Source: Mytilus edulis (Eukaryota). Taken from it: a stretch of DNA of 64,000 bases. Below, one piece after another: positions 54,370 to 64,000 of this stretch. The notes under the pieces were generated by a model, which worked only from the letters and a program-made list of their open reading frames with translations, had not been told where the DNA came from and ran no database searches. The stretch is taken from contig NC_092347.1 of NCBI RefSeq assembly GCF_963676685.1, positions 89,342,001-89,406,000 of the forward strand. Reading direction: 5' to 3'. The position numbers and the translations under genes were made by a program. Numbering within the stretch: the first letter of the stretch is position 1; every line of letters begins with the position of its first letter.

Positions 54370-55000
54370 AAACACCAGGTTTCTAATTTGTTACGCTAGA
54401 CGCGCATTTATTCTACATAAGACTCATTAGATTGTCGAATAAAAAAAAGTTAAAAGGAAACGTTTCGAACATTTGTGCCAAATACCGCTTTTTTCATATG
54501 TGCCTGGCGGTAGAAAAACCTTCAGTGCTTCGAGTAATTATTATTTTTATAAACAGAAAATTTACAGAAAATGAACATCTTAAAAATAGTTCATGCCAAC
54601 ACAAAAGTGATAACTACTAGGCTGGTGATATGCATTGGGACGAAACGTGAACTTTCAGTCATATAGCTCCATCTGTTGTTAATACTCAACAAAGATTCCA
54701 GGATTGCAATTTGTCAAGCCAGACGCTCCGTTCGTCTACTTGTCACTCATCAGTGGAGCTTGATTAGAAGAGTTGAAAGACCAACTAGGCACGAAGTTGA
54801 AGAGTATGTCAATCAAAAATTAAAGTCGTACCGTTAAAGCGTATATGTCGGAGTGTAATAACCTTAATGTTTGGAGTAATCCATTAAAATATAGAGATCA
54901 TTCTGATAATGATATTTCGTATCTACTCGACAAGTGATTCCAACTCGTACGAAACGTCCACAAGCAGTGGCATCGTGTTAACCTCATCAAGGATATCAGG
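54370..55000 (-). repeat. Older, degenerate tandem copies of the same hammerhead-bearing repeat
   Basis: Decayed motifs at ~54393-54432 and ~54716-54760; gctggtga..ggacgaaacg and cagtggcatcg segments shared with 51750-51810. Confidence 0.65.
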
Positions 55001-55304
55001 CTTAAATATGATTTACAGCAGACAATTGTACCTTGTCAATATATTGGAATTTTATGCGACTGTCATACAGGTGAGATATATCTATCTATAAAACCAGGTT
55101 TAACATATCATTTTCAACATAAGGAAATGCCTGTACCAAGAAGGGAATATGACATTTGTTATCCATTCGTTTGATGTGTTTGAGCTTTTGATTTTTTCAT
55201 ATATAAAGGACTTCCCGTTTTGAATTTCCTTCGGAGTTCGGTATTTTTGTTATTTATTTTTTCTATCTTCATAATACTAATTAATGGCATTCTAATCAAA
55301 CAGT

Positions 55305-55535
55305 GAAGCCCCTCATGGGGGGGGGGGGGGTCCTAGTAATCACATAATCACCATTTTTTGCCAATATAATCACATAATCATTAAATATTTGCTTATCTTT
55401 AGTAATCAAATAATCATAAACTAAAAATACAGTCCTAGGTAATCAAATAATCATGAAATATTTGGCTTAATAATCAAATAATCATTAAAAAAACGGCCAA
55501 GTAATCACATAATCAAAAACCCCATGAGGGCCCTC
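55305..55535. mobile_element. MITE with poly-G tract and taatca repeats; related copy at ~17342-17560
   Basis: gaagcccctcatgggg ... ccccatgagggccctc; 6-bp TSD aacagt. Confidence 0.75.
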
Positions 55536-56031
55536 AACAGTAGACAGTTCATCAAACATGAACTCGAAAGAAAAAGGTATTCAAGGAATCATATCTGCTT
55601 GTCAGAAAACATAATAAAAGGCACGCCTGTGTCTGAATATCTCACCTTGTAAGAAAAAAATCACCAGTTTGCTTGCGACTTACATACACACATAGAAGCT
55701 CTTTGTGTGGCTGATCCTTTTGTTATTTAAATGTGTGACCTAGGTCTTATATGTTTTTAATTAAACAGACAAAACAACAAAAACAGTTAAAATTACAATT
55801 TAAGGGGCAAAAACTCCAAACGACTTGTCAAAATTAGCGAATATAGATTTTGTCATGCTTATCATTTTTGCAGAGGATACTTTAAACCTAGTTCCTGTAA
55901 CTTTCAAAACAACAGAAATCTAATGTGATAGACTGAAAAACTATATATTTCAAAAAAATAACTAAAAATAAGTCTTTTTTTCTTAAATTTTCAGGGATGA
56001 TAGATCTTGTACTGATCAATTTTACATTTAA

Positions 56032-56621
56032 GGTGGTATGGGTGTCTTCCTCCATCTTGGATTGTAAAAAACAGAGAATCAAAGGTCCAGATTTTCCATC
56101 AAGTTAGCAAAATTTGATGCAGGAATGCAGATATTTAATGTACATTTTCATTTAAAAGTACCAATTTATAAGAATATAACTTCTAAATATTGATATTTTT
56201 GCAAATGTTAATTATTTATGGTTGTTTTTATTTTGTTTAAAAATTGACATTTTAAGGGGAAACTCTAAAAAAGAGCATTTTCTGAAGGATTCTGTATGGA
56301 ATTTTCCTATTTTGTATTTTAGCCGGAAAAAACGTACGGTGACCCTATCTTTTCTTTTGATATTCTCAAAGCAGTGTCTGAAAGCTATCTTTTCCTGAAA
56401 AATTTAACAATTCTATCATTTTGTTTAGTTTCTAATCACAAAATGGTGTTTTTTCCTGTATAATCCATACAAAATGTGTCATTTTGTCCCGTCCTGTAGC
56501 TTGAGAAAATGCACAGTGACCTATCATCTTTATTATATTTTTCAACATGTATCAATAGATACAACGTTTGGCAAAGTATGAAAAAAATTCTATCATTTTT
56601 ATTTTAGACTCCCATACCACC
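56032..56621. mobile_element. TTAA-TSD MITE (Kolobok-type)
   Basis: ttaa|ggtggtatgggtgtct ... agactcccataccacc|ttaa. Confidence 0.85.
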
Positions 56622-58886
56622 TTAAACAGCCAAAATCTGCAAAAATGCAGGTTTACATATGTTTCAATAAATTTTCTTTGTATATACATCGTATAGTGCA
56701 AAATTTATTTGCAGCTGACACTTAAACCTAGTTCTTATATTTTCAATGACATTTAAAAAAATCTGCAAAAACAATTAGTTCAGGTGCAACAACTCTTAAA
56801 CAGGTTACAGGTTCTACATTTCCCTTCATTCTATGCAATCAGCTGTAATGAAATAATTTCCTGGCAAAGTAAACACCAACTAATAAGTTTAAAACAATGT
56901 AAAACATGCACTCACTGAATCATGCTTACACTTCTAGAATAAGTCCAGAGGATCCCGTTAGGTCAAGGTCATCACCATGCTGAAGGACCTGATAGAAATT
57001 TTATCTCCTAACTGTAAATCTCTACTTGATGCGTTTTACCCAACGTTTGCAGGTTGTATATCTGACAAACCCTTGCACATTGACCTAAAAATCAGCTTCA
57101 AAAAAGATTTTCCTGTTAAACCTAGTCCAACTATCCAATCATTTCCCAATATTATCATGATTATATTTGAAAAAAATTAGGCCTTGTATGTCGATAGTGA
57201 TAGAGATGCATAATTGGCTTTAAAGTTTTCTTGTTGACAATTTCACCTAAGCCTTTAAATGAAGATTGTGTGTAAATGTTAACAAACAATAACAGTCATC
57301 AAATAATTGCAACAGCGCACAGTGACTCTTAAAACACAGTGACCAAAAGTTCTTAATTTCTGTGTCATTTGGTCTCTGGTGAAGAGTTGTCTCATTGGCA
57401 ATTGTACCACATCTTGAGTTATAATGAAAAGAGACTAGAAAACTTTTGCTATATTAAATAACAATCTTTACTAATATCAACAACTGGATGGATATACGTC
57501 AACTGTATTATTTTAAAAAATGTAAATAAATCATTATATACACACACAATAACAATTCTCTTTAAATCAAGCTAGTTTATCATTCTAAAATATATCTTTG
57601 AAATAAAAAAAAAGTTATTATGAATTTAAAGATAGATGTAGTTTCTGAGAGAAAGGAAAGTGTCAATTTTCAGGGTTTTTATTACTACAATATGTATACA
57701 TTGAAAAAATTAAAGACAAACTGACTTAGCACAAAACTGACTTAGCACAAATTTTTGAGTCAGCAATTGGGATTTCCGAACCTTTCAAGATAACCTGAAT
57801 TTCCCACTATTTTAATGGGACTCCTATTGTTAGTCTTTAGATTTTCAAGCAGGAAATATTTAGTCATCTTTTCTATTCACATAAGGGATTAAAAAGTACA
57901 AAGTAAGGTATGATGTATCCCTTATTTAAAGTTCAATCAGCAATATGTGATGCACAAAATTACCAATCTAATCATTTCAGATGTTTTGAAAAAATATATT
58001 TAACTGATTTTTTTTCCCGTAAAAAGTAAGCCATTTATAATGAATGAGTGATGTAAGATAAGTCATCAAACAAACTAAACTTTTACCATTAAAAAATATA
58101 ACCAACTTAAAAACACTTTAAAAAATGTTCATAAAAAATTTGATAATAATAAAAAAAATAAAATTATTATTCCCCCAAAAAGTAAATATGTCTGTTTTGC
58201 AAATGTTAACCACATGGGAGAGCAAACTCAAAAGAGCCTTGAAGTCAAACTTGTTGCACTAGAGACAAAAACATAAAAAAAATATATTGGTCAGATCTTT
58301 AGTGTAGTATAAAGTTTAGGTACATTCAGAACAAATATATCAATTAATAAAGGTTCCCTTAATATTTCTCGTTTTACTTTTATTTTTATAAATTCTATAT
58401 AAATTCTATAAAGTATTGTTTGTGATTTTGACAATCTCACCTTTATGAATTTTGAACCCAAACTATACCTATAAGGCATTCAATCAAAATCATCTTTTTG
58501 AAAATACTGTTACAAACAGCATTCTTCAAAGAAATATGAGACAAAACAAAAGTTAGTGTGGATTCAGTATAATTCGTTGGATACCAATTTTCATGTGTTT
58601 CTTTGGTACAGATGAACCACAGATTCAAATGTTCAACAAATTTTTAATTTTCTATAGTGTTTATATGCAGAGATTGACAAAACCACGAAATCAAATATCC
58701 ATGAAAATGCAAGTTTTCCTCAAACCACGAAAATAAATGAATCCACAGAAGATCTCTCTGCAGTATAAACACTAACACATCAACAGAAACTTCATATTTT
58801 TCTGCATTTTTCAGCTGAAAAACTGTCCCCCTTCAGATTGGAGACATATCAGAATATAGGATGTAAATGAATGAAAAACCAAAACT

Positions 58887-59329
58887 AAAACCAAAGAATG
58901 ACAAAATCAGATGATACAAACTCAGGCATAAAACCAAAGAATGACAAAATCAGATGTTACAAACTCAGGCATATAACTAAAGAATGACAAAATCAGATGG
59001 TGCAAACTCAGGCTTAAAAACCAATTCAAAGAGCAGAATGCTCTGAGGGATATGATTGCCATAGTTTTCATTGACACATGTATAGCAGTTCTGCCAACTT
59101 TTTATTAAGCAAATGCGTGAGATTTGGCCAAAATTGAAAAGATCAGAGGAAAAAAATAGATTCAAGGATACTGCGGCAAAAAAGCATGAACATGCGTAAG
59201 TCTCACGCATTTTTGGCAGCCCTGGTACAGCTGGATAGTATTATTTCAAAACTAATTCAACTCAGGCATAAAGCCAAAGAATGACAAAATCAGATGATAC
59301 AAACTCAGGCATAAAACCAAAGAATGACA
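58887..59329. repeat. 43-bp tandem repeat (3 + ~2 copies) split by an insertion
   Basis: aaaaccaaagaatgacaaaatcagatgatacaaactcaggcat. Confidence 0.85.
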
Positions 59330-60318
59330 GATTTTTGCGCAATTCATAATTAATTTGTTTGTGCAAAATTCAAACCATATCAGGAATTTCAAATATCATG
59401 AATATTCATCTAAATTTGTGTTTGATAGATGGTATAAATTCAATTTTTCACCAAAAAAAACTGTTATGATGTCACAAAAATATTTATTATACCAAAAAGG
59501 ATCATTATTTATCTTTTTTTTGTTTTTGCATTGCATTGCCTTATCTTTAAAACTGACATAAATGAACATCTGGAATCAAAATTTATATTTTAGCTAAAAG
59601 TTAAACAGATCCTGTTCTTTTTAAGTTTATTTTTATAAAAAATGAAAAACATTTGTATTTCATTTGAAATCATAAAAAGATTTTACAGCACTAAAGAGAC
59701 TGAGTAAAAGTCTTGACAAAGATTGTGTCCAAATATCAAATTATAATAACAATTATATATATCAATAAATCTTACAACATAAATAAATGTTTGTACATGC
59801 TGCCTTCACAAGTTACCATAACAATATACATAGCATCAGAAATATCTGTACACTGTACATAACAAAATATGCAGACAAAAATATCTTTGTAAACTACACA
59901 TAACAAAATAAATATATGAGAAAATCTCTACACATAACAATTTACAGGGAAAATTCCTCAAAATATTAATTCAGATCTTTTATTAGAAATATAATCTCAC
60001 AGGACAGACCATTTTTAGCACTTTATTTAAGACTTTTATAATGAGAATTTAAATCAAACTGTGACATGTATTATTTGATGATATGATAATATATTTTTAT
60101 CTCAATAATTTTTAGATAGCAAACAACTCAATTGTTTAATTTTTTATCAGATCAAAGTTTTTTCCACTACTAAACACATAAAAAAACTAAAATACTACTC
60201 CTGTTAAAAATAACACTTAACATATTGGTTTCATATCTAGTATGAAACTAAAGCACTATTAGCTATAACATTTTCATGCTCACTGAGCATTGTTTAGTCA
60301 ACTGATTTCTGCATTTAA

Positions 60319-60577
60319 GGTGGTACCTAACACTACAGGGAGATAACTCTGTAAGGTCAGCTAAATGTTTTAATTACGTTGTGTTGTAAAAGGAATATTA
60401 AGCTTCTCAATGATCAAAATTGGTGTTTGTCAAACTGCTATATAACCAGTGTAATTTTTCTGACAAAACGGTTGGTTCAAAATTTATGATTTTTTTTTAT
60501 TTTTGTTAAAGGGTCGACAAAATTTTATGAAAATTAAACGAGCCAAATTAATTTTAGTGAAAGTGTTGGGTACCACC
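60319..60577. mobile_element. TTAA-TSD MITE (Kolobok-type)
   Basis: ttaa|ggtggtacctaacact ... agtgttgggtaccacc|ttaa. Confidence 0.85.
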
Positions 60578-61619
60578 TTAAGAAAATGCCTGTACCAAGT
60601 CAGGAATAAAGCAGTTGTTTTCCATTATTTTGATGTGTTTGAGTTTTTGATTTAGCCATTATCAAGGGACTTTATGTTTTAAATTTTCATTGGAGTTTGG
60701 TACTTTTGTTACTTTACTTTTTTCATACATTAATTGGTTAACTTCATTTTGAATATGTAAAGTAAATTCATGGCTGATGTGACCACAAACTACACTTGAC
60801 CAAAATTTTAACAAATCTTAAATCAAAACTAAAATCTGATACAGAACTTGGAGAAAGATGGATTATTTAACTGACAGACTAATGGGCCAATGGACACATA
60901 GACTGGAATCAGAATTCCCGTCTTCTCTCATGGACAGGGCAATAAAAAGCTATCCACAATACAGATGATTGATATCAATTCAAATCTGAAGAAATTGTCT
61001 TATCCAAATGAGTTCAGTTATCAAAATATCATAATATAACAAGATCTGTCTATCCTAAAAATGTTATTATATGATGCCTTTAGCTGCAAGTTCTTCTCTC
61101 ACCCTGTTCATATAAGTAGAATCTGGATAGCCAAATCTGGAAAAAAATAAAAACATATATAACAAGATGTCACATGGTTAAGTTTGGTGCCATATATTGA
61201 TGTGATATGATTATTATCTTAATTTACAGTGCCTCAAGATTGGTGTATAAACCTTTACTAGATTAATGTACAGTTTCACTATACATTTGAACATGAAGAA
61301 GCTCTGATTTTGAAAAATTCTTCATCAATGTGTTAGGGAGAGACAGATAGAAGGACAGAAAGAGGTGAATCATCCTTTCCAATGTGGAAGATGTAAAAAA
61401 AAAGAATGGCAATTTTTTGTAGAATAGGGTTCTCAGTTCCAATAATAGTAAGTACTTGAATACTCAGAAATCTGCTATAAGTGTAAAAAAAAAATAAGTT
61501 TTTTTTTTCTTTCTTTATTTGCCATGACATAACTTTTTCCTACTTAATCCTGAATTTTATGAATGCTATCATTTACTTTGTCAGTCCCTAATCTACAAAT
61601 CAAAACTAGTTTTATTGAT

Positions 61620-64000
61620 GATATAACTTACTTGGTTGGTCCACCATCCACATTGGTTTTATGGTGGATACAACTTAATTGGTTGGTCTCCCTTCCATAT
61701 TGGTTTTATTGTGGATAAAACTTACTTGGTTTTACCCCCATCCACATTGGTTTTGTGGAAGATATAACTTACTTGGTTGGTCCCCCATCCACATTGGTTT
61801 AATGGTGGATAAAATATACTTGGTTGGTCCCCATCCATATTAGTTTTATGGTGGATAAAACTAACTTGATTGGTCCCTTGTTCACATTGGTTTGATGGTG
61901 GATATAACTTACTTGGTTGGTCCCCAATCTATATTGTTTTTGTTGTGGATATAACTTACTAGGTTTATTCCCCATTCACATTGGTTTTGTAGGGGATAAA
62001 GATTACTTGGTTAGTCCCCCATCCACATTGGTTTTGTGGTGGGTATAACCTACTTTGGGTGGTCCCTCATCCACATTGGTTTTATGGTGGACAAAACTTA
62101 CTTGGTTGGTCTTCCTTCAACATTGTTTTTGAGGTGGATAAAACGCACTTGGTTGGTCGCTCGTCCACATTGGTTTTATGATGGATATAACTTACTTGAT
62201 TGGTCCAAATCCACATTGGTTTTGTAGGGGATATAGCTTACTTGGTTGGTCCCCCATCCACATTGGTTTTGTGGTCGATATAACTTACTTGGTTGGTTCC
62301 TATCCACATTGGTTTTGTGGTGGATATAACTTACTTGGTTGGTCCCCAATCCACATTGGTTTTGTGGAAGATATATAACCAACTTTGGGTGGTCCCTCAT
62401 CCACATTGGTTTTATGGTTGACATAACTTACTTGGTTTGTCTTCCTTCCACATTGTTTTTGTGGTGGAAAAAACGTACTTGATTGGTTCCCAATCCACAT
62501 TGGTTTTGTGGTGGATATAACTTACTTGGTTGGTCCCCAATCCACACTGGTTTTGTGGTGGATATAACTTACTTGGTTGGTCCCTAATCCATATTGGTTT
62601 TGTGTTGTATATAACTTCTTGGTTGGTCCCCCATCCATATTGGTTTTATGGTGGATATAACTTACTTGGTTGGTCCAAAATCCACATTGGTTTTATGGTG
62701 GATAATACATACTAGGTTGGTTCCCAATCCACATTGGTTTTATGTTGGATAAAACGTACTTGGTTGGTCGTTCGTCCACATTGGTTTTATGGTGGATATA
62801 ACTTTCTTGGTTGGTCCCCTGTATAAATTGGTTCTGTAGTGGATATAAATTACTTGGTTGGTCCCCCATCATTCATATTATTTTTGTGGTGGATATCACT
62901 TACTAGGTTTATTCCCCATCTGCATTGGTTTTGTAGGGATATAGCTTATTTGGTTAGTCCCCCATCCACATTGGTTTTGTGGTGGATATTACCTACTTTG
63001 GGTGGTCCCACATACACATTGGTTGTATGGTGGACATAACTTACTTGGTTGGTCTTCCTTCCACATTGTTTTTGTGGTGGATAAAACGTTCTTGGTTGGT
63101 CGCCCATCCACATTGGTTTTATGGTGGATATAACTTACTTGGTTGGTCCCCAATCCACATTAGTTTTGTGGTGGATATAGTTTACTTGGTTGGTCCCCAA
63201 TCTTCATTGGTTTTGTGGTGGATATAATATACTTGGTTGGTCCCCAACCTACATTGGTTTTGTGTTGGATATAACTTACTTGGTTGGTCCCCAATCCACA
63301 TTTGTTTTGTGGTGGATATAACTTACTTAGTTGGTCCCAAATCCACATTGGTTTAATGGTTGATATAACTTGCTTGGTTGGTCCCCCATCCATATTGGTT
63401 TTATGGTGGATGAAAATTACTTGGTTGGTCCCCAATCCACATTGGTTTTATGGTGGATATAACTTACTTGGTTGGTCCCCCATCTACATTAGTTGTGGTG
63501 GATATAACTTACCTGGTTGGTCCCCCATCCACATTGGTTGTATGGTGGATATTACTTACTTGGTTGGTCCCCCATCCACATTGGTTGTATGGTGGATATT
63601 ACTTACTTGGTTGGTCCCCCATCCACATTGGTTTGATGGTGGATATAACTTAGTTGGTTGGTCACCCATCCATATTGTTTTTAAGGTGGATATAACTTAC
63701 TAGGTTTATTCATCATCCGCATTGGTTTTGTAGGGGATATAGCTTACTTGGTTGGTCCCCCATCCACATTGGTTTTGTGGTGGATATAACCTACTTTGGG
63801 TGGTCCCTCATTCACATTGGTTTTATGGTGGACATAACATACTTGATTGGTCTTCCTTTCACATTGTTTTTGTGGTGGATAAAACGTAATTGGTTGGTCG
63901 CCCGTCCACATTGGTTTTATGGTGAATATAACTTACTTGGTTGGTCCCCATTCCACATTGGTTTTGAGGTGGATATAACTAACTTGATTGGTCCCCAATC
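61620..64000. repeat. 47-bp tandem array (~50 copies, runs past the window end) with higher-order structure
   Basis: ggatataacttacttggttggtcccccatccacattggttttgtggt. Confidence 0.96.

Noticed and set aside
56940-57200. Possible decayed coding fragment
   Set aside because: Multiple stops on the minus strand, no recognisable family on either strand, no splice context
57400-61600. Long 3' UTR of a minus-strand gene beyond the window
   Set aside because: Only a compositional impression; no exon or stop codon could be anchored
61620-64000. CRISPR-like array or repetitive protein ORFs
   Set aside because: Head-to-tail 47-bp monomers with no unique spacers, no cas genes, and a eukaryotic context; the period is not a multiple of 3 and frames are interrupted

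Overview
AT-rich, intron-rich eukaryotic genomic DNA, not prokaryotic. The repeat families look like those of a bivalve mollusc, probably a Mytilus-type mussel (my inference). Most entries in the supplied ORF track are noise; I rebuilt two spliced, divergently oriented genes by hand. (1) DPCD on the minus strand: 6 coding exons, 17070->639, 205 aa. (2) An SH3BP2/3BP2-like PH + PxxPxR + SH2 adaptor on the plus strand: 14 coding exons, 31437->46391, 429 aa. All their introns are GT-AG and phase-consistent. The rest is mobile and repetitive DNA. DPCD intron 1 holds a decayed Ngaro-type (DIRS-order) tyrosine-recombinase retroelement with A1..B1-A2-B2 split direct repeats and an SGNH-hydrolase relic, with several nested insertions. 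A 354-nt tandem unit bounded by minimal type I hammerhead ribozymes (retrozyme, a candidate circular-RNA template) lies at 51464-51980, and many degenerate hammerhead copies are scattered through the window, one of them sense-oriented next to a 29-nt exon. There are also Helentron/DINE-like elements carrying satellite arrays, TTAA-, 6-bp- and 9-bp-TSD MITEs, and a 47-bp tandem array with higher-order structure that runs off the right end. An assembly gap lies at 24294-24476.
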